Source: Robiginitomaculum sp.
GTDB lineage: Bacteria > Pseudomonadota > Alphaproteobacteria > Caulobacterales > Maricaulaceae
Length of the DNA: 64,000 bases
Direction: 5' to 3'
Assembly (NCBI GenBank): GCA_015485335.1
Contig: WFTT01000102.1
Coordinates: forward strand, 25,583 to 89,582
Shown here one piece after another: positions 10,599 to 21,268 of this stretch. Both the position numbers and the translations under genes were made by a program. The first letter of the stretch is position 1. The number at the start of each line of letters is the position of its first letter. The notes beneath the pieces were generated by a model, which saw only the letters and a program-made list of their open reading frames with translations, was not told where the DNA came from and made no database searches.

Positions 10599-10756
10599 AT
10601 CTCCAAGGAAAAGATATACAGCGTTGAACGCGTTTATAAAACGAAGGTCTCCTTAGAGGGGAATCTGTTGAGAGATTAGATCCGCCCTAAACCCCATTTA
10701 TATTTGTAAAAAAACACCAGGGTCGTCGCGCTGGCCCCACTCCAGGGTGTGTTAAC

Positions 10757-10778
10757 GATATAAAGATATCTTTATATC
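10757..10778. promoter_or_regulatory. 22-bp perfect palindrome GATATAAAGATATCTTTATATC (candidate operator)
   Basis: Self-complementary sequence read directly. It is AT-rich in a GC-rich intergenic region, between the divergent 9630..10598 gene and ahcY. Confidence 0.4.
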
Positions 10779-10912
10779 ATCTTGTCAGGGCCTGTTGCCG
10801 TTGATATAGGCAGCACACAACCGGGCAATTCCATGTCCCTGCCCGCGTGCCAGGATGACGGCTTTCCTGACCGCAATTGCTTTTATGCCGAAAGAATTAG
10901 GACGCAAAACCA

Positions 10913-12208
10913 ATGACTGCGCAAAACGATTATAAAGTCAAAGATATCAGTCTGGCCGATTGGGGCCGCAAGGAAATCGACATTGCCGAAATAGAAATGC
11001 CGGGCCTTATGTCGACCCGTGAGGAATTTGCCGAGGAACAGCCCTTGAAGGGCGCGCGCATTACCGGCTGTTTGCACATGACCATTCAAACGGCGGTGCT
11101 GATCGAAACCCTGACGGCGCTGGGCGCCGAAGTGCGCTGGTCATCATGCAATATTTTCTCAACCCAGGACCAGGCCGCCGCCGCCATTGCCGCCACTGGC
11201 GTACCGGTCTTTGCCTGGAAAGGGGAGACCGAAGAGGAATATGAATGGTGCATTGAACAAACCATCAAGGGCCCTGACGGCTGGACGCCGAATATCTTGT
11301 TGGATGATGGCGGCGACCTGACCTTGCTCATGCATGAAAAATACCCCGAATTGCTGGATGATGTTGTTGGCGTATCCGAGGAGACCACTACCGGCGTGCA
11401 CCGTCTTTATGAAATGGCCAAGGCCGGCACATTGAAAATTCCCGCCATTAACGTCAATGACAGCGTTACCAAATCCAAGTTTGATAACAAATACGGGTGC
11501 CGGGAAAGCCTGGTGGACGCGATTCGCCGTGGCACCGACGTGATGATGGCCGGCAAAGTTGCCGTGGTTTGTGGTTATGGTGATGTGGGCAAGGGCTCGG
11601 CCCAAAGTCTGGCCGGGGCAGGTGCCCGGGTGATCGTTACCGAAATTGATCCCATTTGCGCCTTGCAGGCTGCTATGGATGGTTTCGAAGTGCGTCGTCT
11701 GGATGATGTGGTTTCCAATGTCGATATCATTGTCACCACCACAGGCAATAAAGATATTGTCACCGCCGATCACATGCGGGCGCTCAAGGACATGGCGATT
11801 GTCTGTAATATTGGCCATTTCGATAACGAAATTGCTGTGGCTGATATGAAAAACTATAAATGGACCAATATTAAGCCTCAGGTGGATATGATTGATCTGC
11901 CATCTGGCAATCGCATGATCCTGTTATCCGAAGGTCGCCTGGTCAATCTGGGCAATGCCACGGGCCATCCCAGCTTTGTCATGTCTGCCAGCTTTACCAA
12001 CCAGACCCTGGCCCAGATCGAGCTGTGGAAAAACGGCAGCAAATATGAAAACAAGGTCTATACCTTGCCCAAGCACCTGGACGAAAAGGTGGCGCGTTTG
12101 CACCTGGCCAAACTGAATGCAGATCTGACGGAATTAAGACCTGATCAGGCCGACTATATTGGCGTGCCGGTCAATGGACCGTTCAAATCGGACGCATACA
12201 GGTACTAA
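10913..12208 (+). CDS. ahcY: adenosylhomocysteinase
   Basis: 431 aa with the NAD-binding motif [12 protein letters not shown] and highly conserved SAHH blocks (HLDEKVA, YRY C-terminus). Confidence 0.97.
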   Translation: MTAQNDYKVKDISLADWGRKEIDIAEIEMPGLMSTREEFAEEQPLKGARITGCLHMTIQTAVLIETLTALGAEVRWSSCNIFSTQDQAAAAIAATGVPVFAWKGETEEEYEWCIEQTIKGPDGWTPNILLDDGGDLTLLMHEKYPELLDDVVGVSEETTTGVHRLYEMAKAGTLKIPAINVNDSVTKSKFDNKYGCRESLVDAIRRGTDVMMAGKVAVVCGYGDVGKGSAQSLAGAGARVIVTEIDPICALQAAMDGFEVRRLDDVVSNVDIIVTTTGNKDIVTADHMRALKDMAIVCNIGHFDNEIAVADMKNYKWTNIKPQVDMIDLPSGNRMILLSEGRLVNLGNATGHPSFVMSASFTNQTLAQIELWKNGSKYENKVYTLPKHLDEKVARLHLAKLNADLTELRPDQADYIGVPVNGPFKSDAYRY

Positions 12209-12237
12209 AGCCGGTTAGTTATAGTGAGCCGTTCAAA

Positions 12238-12270
12238 GGGCGGGGTCAGGGTGCTGGCCCCGCCTGTTTT
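12238..12270 (+). terminator. intrinsic terminator of ahcY
   Basis: GC-rich hairpin GGGCGGGGTC...GGCCCCGCC followed by TGTTTT. It overlaps the 3' end of the convergent amidohydrolase gene. Confidence 0.5.
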
Positions 12271-14030
12271 GGGGCGTTATACCATTTTCCCTCAAAAACC
12301 ACGCCATCTACATGAATGTCCCTTAAGCGCATGGGCTCTACGGTATAGGGGTTTTCATCCAGCACGGCAAAATCGGCGGTTTTGCCTTGGGCCAGCGAGC
12401 CTATATGATCCTCCAGACCAATCATTCGCGCCGCCTCAATGGTAATGGCGCGCATGGCGGTATCCACAGAAATGCGCTCTTCCGGGGCCATAACCTGCCC
12501 ATCCATATTAATACGATTGACTGCAATCCAGGCCAGGAAAAGCGGGTCTGCCGGGGCCATGGTCATATCGGAATGCAGCGCCATAGGCACGCCGGCGCGC
12601 TCTATCTCGCCCAGCCGCACCATGTGTTCTGCCTGATCCTTTTCCAGCAATTTGCCAGCATATTTGCCGCTGAGAACATAAAGATAATTGGGCTGGGCCG
12701 ATACCATCAGGCCAAGATCGGCGATACGGGCGATCTGGTCCTGTCGGGAAACGCCCAAATGCTCAAGGACGATGCGCTGATCCGCATGTTCGCCATCGCG
12801 CGGCAAGGCGGCGAGGGCGTCCAGCACCACATCCAGCCCGCCATCGCCATTTACATGTATGTGCAGGTTAAACCCTGCATCCCAAAAGGTTTGTGCCTGT
12901 TGGCGCAATAGATCCGGCTTGGTAATCCATTTGCCTTTGCGACCATCCAGATAAGCGGGGGTCTTCAGCTTCATCGCCGGCACAAAAAATGCACCATCGG
13001 CCAGCAATTTAACGCGGTTATTCATAAATATGCGGCTGCTCTGATAAGCCGCTTCGTCCTTATTGATCAAGGCCGGGGCGGCGCTCAACGAGCCTGCCCG
13101 CTGGCTCACCTCGCTTGCATAAGGCATCAGCATGACCCGTAAAGGAATGTCTGAACCGGCATAGGTTTTTTGGATTAGGCTAGCCTCCATGGGAAAGGAG
13201 CCAAAAATGCCAGTGGCCATGTCCGAAACGGTGGTAACGCCGTTTTGCAGCAACAAGGCATTCATTTCCCCCAGACCCAGACCCAGCCATTTGGGCGCCA
13301 TTACCGCCGGGGCCAGGCGGCGAAAGGCCGCGGCCAGCGCAGTTTCGGAAAAATACCCCTGTTCAAAATCGGCATGCGCCGGGTCAATCCCCGGTTGGTC
13401 AATCAGGGCCTCAAAACTTGCCCTTTGTCCAACGCCCAGATATTCCATACCTTTTGTGTTGGTCACAATTTCATGAAAAGAGCGCTGCCAGATAAATACT
13501 GGCCTGGCATTATCCAGCGCGTCCAGATCGGCGCGGCTGATGGGGCCGTGCCATAATTCATGCCAGCCCCAGGTGATAAAGGGCTGATCCGGGGGTGCGG
13601 CGGCCAGCTCTTTTTTCAGCTTGTCCAGATAAGCTTGGCGGGTTTTTACCCCGGCCTCAAACCCGCGGGGCAGGTTCCAATCCTCAGGGGTAATAAAATG
13701 GGTGGGCAGCAAAACCGCCGCGATCATCGGGTGTAAATGCGGATCAATAAACCCCGGCATTAAAACCTTGTCCGCAAAACGTTTCTCTATCTGAGTGTGA
13801 CGATTATCTAGGGTTTTAGGCGGGGCCCCATCTCCCAACGCCACAATTTTACCATCTGCCACGGCCACCCATTGTGCCTTGGGCTGGTCTGGTTCCATGG
13901 TGATAATGGTTTTGGCAACATAAACGGTGATCGGTGCCCCGGCGGGCTTATCCGGTGTGGATGGGCCGCACGAGGCGACAAATACGATAATGGCAAGGGT
14001 CGTTAAAACGCGGAAAAAAATGGAGGTCAT
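12246..14030 (-). CDS. amidohydrolase-family (Amidohydro_3-like) metallohydrolase, lipoprotein
   Basis: Start trimmed to MTSIFFRVLTTLAIIVFVASCG (lipobox). HxH metal motif in GFIDPHLHP. 594 aa. Confidence 0.8.
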   Translation of the reverse strand: MTSIFFRVLTTLAIIVFVASCGPSTPDKPAGAPITVYVAKTIITMEPDQPKAQWVAVADGKIVALGDGAPPKTLDNRHTQIEKRFADKVLMPGFIDPHLHPMIAAVLLPTHFITPEDWNLPRGFEAGVKTRQAYLDKLKKELAAAPPDQPFITWGWHELWHGPISRADLDALDNARPVFIWQRSFHEIVTNTKGMEYLGVGQRASFEALIDQPGIDPAHADFEQGYFSETALAAAFRRLAPAVMAPKWLGLGLGEMNALLLQNGVTTVSDMATGIFGSFPMEASLIQKTYAGSDIPLRVMLMPYASEVSQRAGSLSAAPALINKDEAAYQSSRIFMNNRVKLLADGAFFVPAMKLKTPAYLDGRKGKWITKPDLLRQQAQTFWDAGFNLHIHVNGDGGLDVVLDALAALPRDGEHADQRIVLEHLGVSRQDQIARIADLGLMVSAQPNYLYVLSGKYAGKLLEKDQAEHMVRLGEIERAGVPMALHSDMTMAPADPLFLAWIAVNRINMDGQVMAPEERISVDTAMRAITIEAARMIGLEDHIGSLAQGKTADFAVLDENPYTVEPMRLRDIHVDGVVFEGKWYNAPKQAGPAP

Positions 14031-14341
14031 GATATTTTCTTTGCATTTAGTTTTTTGCGAAACGGGCTCCGGATCACATTGGTAAGGGTAATACTTGCCA
14101 GTACAAAATAGAACGTGGTCTTGCTCATGGCCTAAACGGCCAACCCGAACAACCAGATTATCAAAACCCAAGTGCTACTCGCAAGGCGAGCAGCATTAAT
14201 AAGGTAAAATTTCTCCGAGATAACAAGCGTGCCCGTTCACCTCTCTCTGGTAAAGGGAGGCCCTTACTACCTCGGTATGGCATAAACGCTAATGCAACCA
14301 ACCCCTGCGACAACCTGACCGAAGGATCTTTTGTTCGCCCC

Positions 14342-14369
14342 CTTGTGCGGCAAAAAAGCAACACTATGT
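14342..14369 (+). promoter_or_regulatory. possible RpoH (sigma32)-type promoter of clpB
   Basis: CTTG, an 18-nt spacer, then CTATGT, about 75 nt upstream of the clpB ATG. Only an approximate match to the alphaproteobacterial heat-shock consensus. Confidence 0.3.
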
Positions 14370-14444
14370 GTAAGGCAAAGGCGGGTTCCTTGCGCCATAA
14401 CGGGCAAGGCGGCCCCCATCTCGCTGAAAGGACAGGGGATTATT

Positions 14445-17045
14445 ATGGACATAGAAAAATTTTCCGATCGTGCCAAAGGCATGATACAGGCCGCGCAGAC
14501 CCTGGCGCTGGCGGCTGGACACCAACAATTTACGCCAGAGCACGTACTAAAAGCGCTGCTGGATGACCGCGAAGGCATGGTTGCCAATTTGATGCGGGCC
14601 GCGGGGGCACAGCCCGAGCTGGCCTTGCAGGAAGTGACCGAAGCCCTGGACAAGCTGCCTAAAATCGAGGGCGGTGACGGTAAGATTTACATGACCGCGG
14701 AAACGGCCAAGGTCTTACAGGCCGCCGAAGAGGTTGCCCAAAAGGCCGGAGACAGCTTTGTCACGGTTGAACGCATCTTGCTGGCCCTGTGCCTGACCAA
14801 GGATGTCAAAACGGCAGATATTCTGAAACGCTCTGGTTTGACGGCACAAAAACTGAACGCCGCGATCAATGATATTCGCAAAGGGCGCACCGCCGACAGC
14901 GCATCTGCTGAGGAATCTTATGACGCCCTGAAAAAATATACCCGGGATCTGACCGAGGCCGCCCGTGACGGCAAGCTGGACCCGATTATCGGGCGTGATG
15001 ATGAAATTCGCAGAACCATTCAGGTTCTCTCCCGGCGCACCAAAAACAATCCGGTGCTGATTGGTGAGCCTGGTGTGGGTAAAACTGCCATTGCCGAAGG
15101 GTTGGCGCTGCGTATCGTTAATGGGGATGTGCCCGAAGGTCTTAAAAACAAAAAGCTTTTGTCGTTGGACATGGGCGCGCTGATCGCCGGCGCGAAATAT
15201 CGCGGTGAATTTGAGGAACGCCTCAAAGCGGTGATCAATGAGGTCCAGGCCGCCGAGGGTGAAATCATTCTCTTTATTGATGAAATGCACACTCTGGTGG
15301 GCGCGGGCAAATCCGATGGGGCCATGGATGCCTCCAATTTGCTCAAACCCGCTTTGGCGCGCGGTGAACTGCACGCCATCGGGGCCACCACGCTGGATGA
15401 ATATCGCAAGCATGTGGAAAAAGATGCGGCGCTGGCCCGGCGCTTTCAACCGGTCATGGTGGATGAGCCCAGCGAAGAGGATACCATCTCCATTTTGCGC
15501 GGCCTGAAGGAAAAATATGAAGTGCACCACGGGGTGCGCATTGCCGACAGCGCCATCATTGCGGCGGTGACATTGTCCACGCGCTATATCACCGACCGGT
15601 TTTTGCCAGACAAGGCCATTGATCTGATGGACGAGGCGGCGTCGCGCCTGCGTATGCAGATTGATTCAAAGCCCGAAGCGCTGGACGAGGTGGATCGTCG
15701 CCTGATGCAGGCCCACATCGAGGCCGAGGCCTTGCGCAAGGAAAAGGATGAAGCCTCCAAAGAGCGTTTGCAAAAACTGGAAGCGGAAATCGCCGAACTG
15801 GAAGCCCAGTCGGCCGAGCTGAGCGGTGCCTGGCGGGCGGAAAAAGAACGCCTGTCCGAAGCCACCAAAGCTAAGGAAGCGCTGGAGATTTTGCGCAACG
15901 AACTAGCCGAGGCCGAACGGGCAGGCGACTGGGCACGGGCCTCGGAAATCAAATATGGCCGCATTCCGCAACTGGAAGAAGCCTTGGCCAAAGAACAGGA
16001 ACAAAGCGAAAGCGAATCCAGCATGGAGGTGGTGGACGCCGAACAGGTGGCCGCCATTGTCTCGCGCTGGACCGGTATCCCTGTGGATAAAATGCTGCAG
16101 GGCGAACGCGAAAAGCTCTTGCACATGGAAGACAAACTGCGCGCTCGCGTGGTGGGACAGGACGACGCCTTGCGGGCGGTCTCCGATGCGGTGCGCCGTG
16201 CCCGTGCGGGGCTGTCTGATCCCTCCAAACCCATTGGCTCCTTCATGTTTTTGGGGCCGACGGGGGTTGGTAAAACCGAACTGACCAAGGCTCTGGCCGA
16301 ATTTCTGTTTGATGATGAGCACGCCATCACCCGGCTTGATATGTCTGAATATATGGAAAAACATTCGGTTAGCCGCATGATTGGCGCCCCGCCGGGCTAT
16401 GTTGGCTATGAAGAAGGGGGCGCTCTGACCGAGGCGGTTCGGAGGCGGCCTTATCAGGTGATCCTGCTCGATGAGATCGAAAAGGCGCACCCGGATGTGT
16501 TCAATGTGCTATTGCAGGTGCTGGATGATGGTCGTCTGACCGATGGTCAGGGTCGCACGGTCGACTTTCGCCATGCCCTGATCATCATGACGTCTAATCT
16601 GGGCTCAGAACACCTTGCGGCGGCCTCGGCGGAATCCTCCGAAGAAAGCCACGAAGCGGTGATGAATGTGGTGCGGGCACATTTCCGGCCAGAGTTCCTG
16701 AACCGTGTGGACGAGATCATTCTCTTCCACCGCCTGAAACCGGAGCACATGGCCAGCATTGTTGATATTCAGATGAAACGCCTGCTGGCGCTCTTGTCTG
16801 ATCGTCATATCAACCTGGAACTGGATGATGCCGCCCGTACCTGGATTGGCAATCAGGGCTATGATCCGGTCTATGGGGCGCGACCCCTGAAACGGGTCAT
16901 CCAGAAACAGCTGCAAGATCCGCTAGCCAAGCTCATTCTGGAAGGCGTGATCAAAGACGGCGATACGGTCAAGATCAGCGTGGAAGACGGGTCTTTGGTC
17001 TTTAATGGAAAGACCCTGGAAGCCCTTCTTGGCTCAAGCCTATGA
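14445..17045 (+). CDS. clpB: ATP-dependent chaperone ClpB
   Basis: Start set at [12 protein letters not shown], preceded by AAAGGA. Two Walker A motifs ([16 protein letters not shown]) and a long middle coiled coil. 866 aa. Confidence 0.97.
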   Translation: MDIEKFSDRAKGMIQAAQTLALAAGHQQFTPEHVLKALLDDREGMVANLMRAAGAQPELALQEVTEALDKLPKIEGGDGKIYMTAETAKVLQAAEEVAQKAGDSFVTVERILLALCLTKDVKTADILKRSGLTAQKLNAAINDIRKGRTADSASAEESYDALKKYTRDLTEAARDGKLDPIIGRDDEIRRTIQVLSRRTKNNPVLIGEPGVGKTAIAEGLALRIVNGDVPEGLKNKKLLSLDMGALIAGAKYRGEFEERLKAVINEVQAAEGEIILFIDEMHTLVGAGKSDGAMDASNLLKPALARGELHAIGATTLDEYRKHVEKDAALARRFQPVMVDEPSEEDTISILRGLKEKYEVHHGVRIADSAIIAAVTLSTRYITDRFLPDKAIDLMDEAASRLRMQIDSKPEALDEVDRRLMQAHIEAEALRKEKDEASKERLQKLEAEIAELEAQSAELSGAWRAEKERLSEATKAKEALEILRNELAEAERAGDWARASEIKYGRIPQLEEALAKEQEQSESESSMEVVDAEQVAAIVSRWTGIPVDKMLQGEREKLLHMEDKLRARVVGQDDALRAVSDAVRRARAGLSDPSKPIGSFMFLGPTGVGKTELTKALAEFLFDDEHAITRLDMSEYMEKHSVSRMIGAPPGYVGYEEGGALTEAVRRRPYQVILLDEIEKAHPDVFNVLLQVLDDGRLTDGQGRTVDFRHALIIMTSNLGSEHLAAASAESSEESHEAVMNVVRAHFRPEFLNRVDEIILFHRLKPEHMASIVDIQMKRLLALLSDRHINLELDDAARTWIGNQGYDPVYGARPLKRVIQKQLQDPLAKLILEGVIKDGDTVKISVEDGSLVFNGKTLEALLGSSL

Positions 17046-19148
17046 TGCATTTCGTTGCTGTTGGGGCCGAGTCTCTTTTGGCTTGGCCCCTTTGGCGGCT
17101 TTGCGCAAGGCACCGACCAATTGCGGTACATCAATGGGTTTGGGAATGAAATCATCCATGCCCGCCTTCATATAACGCTCGCGATCCGTCGCCATGGCAT
17201 TGGCCGTAACCGCAATGATGGTGGTGGCGGTATTGGGGCCATCAGAGGCCCGGATGGCCCGGGTGGCGTCGACACCGTCCATATTAGGCATCTGAATATC
17301 CATCAAAATCACATCAAAGACCTGTGCGGCGGCGGCCTCAACGGCTTCCACTCCGTCATGGGCAAAGGTCAGATCCACCGGCATTTTAGCCAAAATGGCC
17401 TGCAGAACCTTTCGATTAATGGCGCTGTCTTCAACGGCCAGTACGTTCAGGCGTCGCGCCGGTTTTTTGCTTTTCTTTGTCTTGGGTGCCGCGGTGTTTT
17501 CAGAGGCCGAGGGTTTGGCATTTTCCAGTTCTAACGAAAACAGAAAACAGGCTCCGTCTTCATAGCCGCTGTCATATTTCAAGGACCCGCCCATCAGGCC
17601 TGCCAGTTTGTGACTGATCGGCAGTCCTATACCCGTCCCCCCATGATGGCGAACCATGGATTGATCGCCCTGGGTAAAGGTTTTGAAAATATGACCCACC
17701 ATAAAGCTTTTAATGCCTGGACCGGTATCTTCTATCCGAAAAACAAATGACGTTGTTTTAGAGGACTTCTTGGCCGTAACGATCAGTTTTACATGGCCCG
17801 TCGGTGTAAATTTGATCGCATTGGAAAGAAGGTTGCCCAGCACCTGGGTGATGCGGGCCTCATCCCCCACTATTTCGGTATCCAGATCGCCTTTGATCTC
17901 AGAAATCAGGTTCAGGCCCTTTTCTTCTGCTGCATTGCGCCACATATTCAGGGTGTTTTCAACCAGGCCCTTAAGGTGGAATGGTGCACTGGATACTGTC
18001 ATTTCCCCGGCTTCGATTTTTGAGAAATCCAGAATATCGTTCAGAATCACCATCAGGGATTTTGCAGAAAAATTGATAACGTCGATTTTTTCGCGTTGTT
18101 CTGGTGGCAAATCGGCTTCCAGAACCGCTTCGGCCATGCCGATCACCCCATTCATGGGGGTGCGCAGTTCGTGACTCATGGTGGCCAGAAAATCAGATTT
18201 GGCCTGATTGGCCTCTTCTGCTTCACGCAAGGCCTTGTCCAGCTGTTTTGTACGTTCCTGAACATGCTCTTCCAGTTGTGCATTTGCTTTTTTAAGCTCC
18301 TGCGCCCGGGCGCTTTGCACGGCCAGTTTCTGGTTTTCCGACATGGTATTTTGGAAAATTTGTAAAGTCTTGGACAATTTCCCAATGACATCCTGACGGT
18401 TGTACACCTTCAAGGATGAGTGGCGCCGCCCTTTGACAATGTCCATGGTGGCATGCGCCATTTCAGAGATGGGCTGGATAACATTCTTGAACAATAATGC
18501 CTGTATCAGTGCCAGTGTGGAGAGGACAAAAAAGATTCCAACGGAAGCCTGGATAAGGGCTTTCTCCTTCCAGGCAGCAAGGGGACCGGCAATGTCCACA
18601 AAGGCACTATAGGCCCCGATCACTTCGCCATCCTGTATGCCCATAAGGGCGCTATGGCATTCAACACAACGCTCATGGGCGGCATTGCCCTGACCTAGGA
18701 TCACCGGGCGCGTCACTCGCACGGTTTTATCCGTTTTGCTGTGGCGGGTTTGTCTGACACCCTCTTTCAGGGCGGCTTCATCGACGGCATCGCGGGGCGC
18801 CTCTATCTCTTTATGGCCGGAGGCTTTTTGATATGCGACTACCTTATCGCTCATGACCAGCCAGACCTTCACGTCATTTTCGTGCGTGGAATATAAATCC
18901 AGCGTGCCGTTTAAGGTTTGAATGGCGGGGTCGTTGTCACTCCTTTTTTGCCGGTTCAGCATGGCATTGGTGTGTACGGCCTCCAGCATATCCAGTGTTG
19001 CAACGGCCTGTTCTTCTGCCTTTTCGTTTATTTCTTCGCCTTCGGAGAGAATGTCCCAACTGGCAAGCGGGACCAGCAGGACCAACATGGCAAACCCGGT
19101 GGCCAGCATAATTTTCGCAGAAAGGGAAAGCTTGTTCCAAAAAGACAC
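17040..19148 (-). CDS. hybrid sensor histidine kinase/response regulator with periplasmic CXXCH (c-type heme, DUF3365-like) sensor domain
   Basis: TM1, a ~165-aa periplasmic domain containing CVECH, TM2, then HAMP and a coiled coil. H-box [10 protein letters not shown] and an HATPase domain. C-terminal receiver ([14 protein letters not shown]). Confidence 0.9.
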   Translation of the reverse strand: MSFWNKLSLSAKIMLATGFAMLVLLVPLASWDILSEGEEINEKAEEQAVATLDMLEAVHTNAMLNRQKRSDNDPAIQTLNGTLDLYSTHENDVKVWLVMSDKVVAYQKASGHKEIEAPRDAVDEAALKEGVRQTRHSKTDKTVRVTRPVILGQGNAAHERCVECHSALMGIQDGEVIGAYSAFVDIAGPLAAWKEKALIQASVGIFFVLSTLALIQALLFKNVIQPISEMAHATMDIVKGRRHSSLKVYNRQDVIGKLSKTLQIFQNTMSENQKLAVQSARAQELKKANAQLEEHVQERTKQLDKALREAEEANQAKSDFLATMSHELRTPMNGVIGMAEAVLEADLPPEQREKIDVINFSAKSLMVILNDILDFSKIEAGEMTVSSAPFHLKGLVENTLNMWRNAAEEKGLNLISEIKGDLDTEIVGDEARITQVLGNLLSNAIKFTPTGHVKLIVTAKKSSKTTSFVFRIEDTGPGIKSFMVGHIFKTFTQGDQSMVRHHGGTGIGLPISHKLAGLMGGSLKYDSGYEDGACFLFSLELENAKPSASENTAAPKTKKSKKPARRLNVLAVEDSAINRKVLQAILAKMPVDLTFAHDGVEAVEAAAAQVFDVILMDIQMPNMDGVDATRAIRASDGPNTATTIIAVTANAMATDRERYMKAGMDDFIPKPIDVPQLVGALRKAAKGAKPKETRPQQQRNAS

Positions 19149-19259
19149 CGGTTCCTCCGACGGGCTGATCGTCGAGGCACCTTACGGCTCTAATGGTAAT
19201 ATATGGTTACTGTATTTGCGAAAGAGCCCCATAATGTTGTTCAGGTATAGCGCCGGGAA

Positions 19260-19871
19260 TTACTCTTGGTCGTTAGGTGGGCTATCGGCCTTTTGGGCTT
19301 TAGGCTCTGTTTCTTTATGGTCCTGGTCACCGTCAGCATTTTTGGCTTCGGGTTCAGGTGCGGGGCTGGATTTGGCCTCCTTTTCAGTTTCTGCCACCGC
19401 TTCTTCTTCAGTGTCGCGATCGGCCTGGCTCTCTGTTGCCGGGCTGGCTTCCGGCTCTTGCGGTTGCGGTTCTGGCGCCGTTTGCACTTCTGCTTCAGGA
19501 GTTACCGTGGGTGGTGTGGCGGCCATCGGTTCAGCGACTTTGGGGGTATCTAGAATGGCTAAAACATCGCTCAGCCGATTGGAAATGGTAAATAGCGCAA
19601 TCAGCAATTCACAAAAAAACCGTAAGAGCAAAATGGATATAAGGGCAAAAACCGCCGCACCTGCATAAAGGCCGGCACTGCCTGCGGCGCCAAGGCCGGA
19701 TTGCACAAGCTGGTCATAAACCGGGCCAGACCCCATGAGGGCATATGCCGTACCTGCCAGAATGCCGATCAGGCCAAGATAATAAAAAAGTGTGATAAAG
19801 GCCGGCGACACCATTCTTCGAAAGCCAAAAAAGGCCGCCAGAAACCCTGGTTGTTTTGTGTTCTTACTCAT
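19260..19871 (-). CDS. DUF4282-like membrane protein with acidic Pro/Glu-rich C-terminal tail
   Basis: N-terminus FFGFRRMVSPAFITLFYYLG plus TM helices. The C-terminal ~90 aa are low-complexity (PEPQPQEPEAS...). Confidence 0.6.
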   Translation of the reverse strand: MSKNTKQPGFLAAFFGFRRMVSPAFITLFYYLGLIGILAGTAYALMGSGPVYDQLVQSGLGAAGSAGLYAGAAVFALISILLLRFFCELLIALFTISNRLSDVLAILDTPKVAEPMAATPPTVTPEAEVQTAPEPQPQEPEASPATESQADRDTEEEAVAETEKEAKSSPAPEPEAKNADGDQDHKETEPKAQKADSPPNDQE

Positions 19872-20022
19872 AACAATCCCCTACGCAACAAACGGTACTC
19901 TACTTCAGGATGGCGGGACTATAACGGGCTTTTGTAATGGTTTCACGAAAAAAGTATGGCGCGCCTTCATTTCGGTGAGGGTCGTTCTTTCGATGTCCAG
20001 GAGGTTTGTTCCGGGGTAAGGC

Positions 20023-20214
20023 CTAGCCGATTTTTCTGGCTTCTTCGGCAAGCATGATCGGCACCCCTTCGCGAATGGGATAGGCCAGTTTGGCCTTTTT
20101 GGAAATCAGCTCACTTTTTTCCCGATCATAGACCAATGGGCCATGGGTAAGGGGGCAAACCAGCAGTTCCAGCATTTTGGGATCTGGTTCGCGTTGATCT
20201 TGTTTTTTGCTCAT
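20023..20214 (-). CDS. Trm112-family small protein
   Basis: 63 aa with [13 protein letters not shown] ... [11 protein letters not shown], typical of Trm112/DUF343. Confidence 0.75.
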   Translation of the reverse strand: MSKKQDQREPDPKMLELLVCPLTHGPLVYDREKSELISKKAKLAYPIREGVPIMLAEEARKIG

Positions 20215-20223
20215 ATTTTCGGC

Positions 20224-21147
20224 CTAACTAAACAATAGGGTAGATAGCCGTTTACGGCCCTTAATGGCAAATTTTGATGTTGCTCCGGAGGCCTCAAACA
20301 GGGTCAGCAGCAATTTGCGGGCGGCGCTGTCGTTCCAGTCCTTGTCCCGTTCAATGCTGTAAAAAAGGTGTTTGGCGGCTCCTTCCATATCTCCGGCGGC
20401 ACTCAAGGCCTCGGCCAGGGCATAGCGGGCCTCCAGATCATCTGGGTTGTTTTTTACCTTTTCTTCCAGGGCGGCATTATCAGCCTTGTTTTCCTCGCCC
20501 TTTTTGGCCAGCGCAATGGCGGCCAGCACGCTTTTTACATCGGCATCATTTTTGGCCTTGTCATCCAGACCGGCTAACAGGCCTTCTGCGCCTTCAACAT
20601 CATCATTCAGCAGATAACAGCGGGCCATGCCGGCCAGGGCGCCAATATTTTGTGGGTCAATCTGCAAGGCCCCGGCAAAATCCTGTGCCGCGCCGCCGGT
20701 ATCACCTATGTTCAGTGCATCCTTGCCACGGGCCACCATGGCGTCGGCCTCCTTGCCAGCGTCGGTTTCCCCGCTAAGGCGGTCCACAAAGGCCTTGATC
20801 TGGCTTTCCGGCTGCGCCCCCATAAAGCCATCCACTGGTTGACCATCCTTGAAGGCAAAAACCGCGGGAATGGATTGCACCCGTAATTGTCCGGCAATGG
20901 CGGGGTTTTCGTCAATATTGATCTTGACCAGCTTGACCGCGCCTTTGGCATCCTTGACCACGCGCTCGATGGTGGGACCAAGCTGGCGGCAGGGGCCGCA
21001 CCAGGGGGCCCAGAAATCGACGATGACCGGTGTGGTTTTCGAGGTTTCCACCACATCCGCAACAAAATCGGCATCGGTGCTGTCCTTGATCAGGTCGCCA
21101 CCATTTGCGGTTTCTGATGAGGCACCGCCGTTTCCAAACAAGCTCAT
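20224..21147 (-). CDS. thioredoxin-domain plus TPR co-chaperone (YbbN/CnoX-like)
   Basis: Start trimmed to MSLFGNGG, preceded by AGGAG. WAPWCGPC active site, followed by a TPR-like helical C-terminal half. Confidence 0.85.
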   Translation of the reverse strand: MSLFGNGGASSETANGGDLIKDSTDADFVADVVETSKTTPVIVDFWAPWCGPCRQLGPTIERVVKDAKGAVKLVKINIDENPAIAGQLRVQSIPAVFAFKDGQPVDGFMGAQPESQIKAFVDRLSGETDAGKEADAMVARGKDALNIGDTGGAAQDFAGALQIDPQNIGALAGMARCYLLNDDVEGAEGLLAGLDDKAKNDADVKSVLAAIALAKKGEENKADNAALEEKVKNNPDDLEARYALAEALSAAGDMEGAAKHLFYSIERDKDWNDSAARKLLLTLFEASGATSKFAIKGRKRLSTLLFS

Positions 21148-21268
21148 TAATCTGCTCCTGTGATCACGGGCAAAAGATGGGCTGTCGGATCGCGCCGCGC
21201 AAGGCCTGTTAGACATTATGGCGCAGGCTTTTTACAAACGCTTTTGGAGCTAAAGGGTGGCGCTGTGA

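Noticed and set aside
10599-10912. SAH riboswitch upstream of ahcY
   Set aside because: I looked for the conserved SAH-riboswitch core (GC-rich pseudoknot with AGGCUC and AACGGCGCUC-type segments). I found nothing resembling it in the 314-bp leader, only the AT-rich palindrome.
14331-14444. N-terminal extensions offered by the ORF track (clpB from 14331, DUF1134 gene to 29959, FKBP gene to 40695, cpdR from 50825, typA to 49886, cysS to 54456, infC to 60916, amidohydrolase to 14171)
   Set aside because: The extensions lack conservation-like sequence and often start at TTG. Each is replaced by an internal ATG with an SD that yields a canonical N-terminus or signal peptide.
17040-17045. Convergent overlap of the clpB and histidine-kinase stop codons (CTATGA) with no terminator between them
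   Set aside because: The overlap is real in the sequence, but such 3' overlaps are common. I could not derive a specific functional hypothesis beyond possible antisense read-through.
18922-19668. 248-aa Ser/Ala-rich plus-strand ORF spanning the HK start and the DUF4282 gene
   Set aside because: It is antisense to two better-supported genes and purely low-complexity. It is most likely an artefact of the repetitive acidic-tail coding sequence on the other strand.
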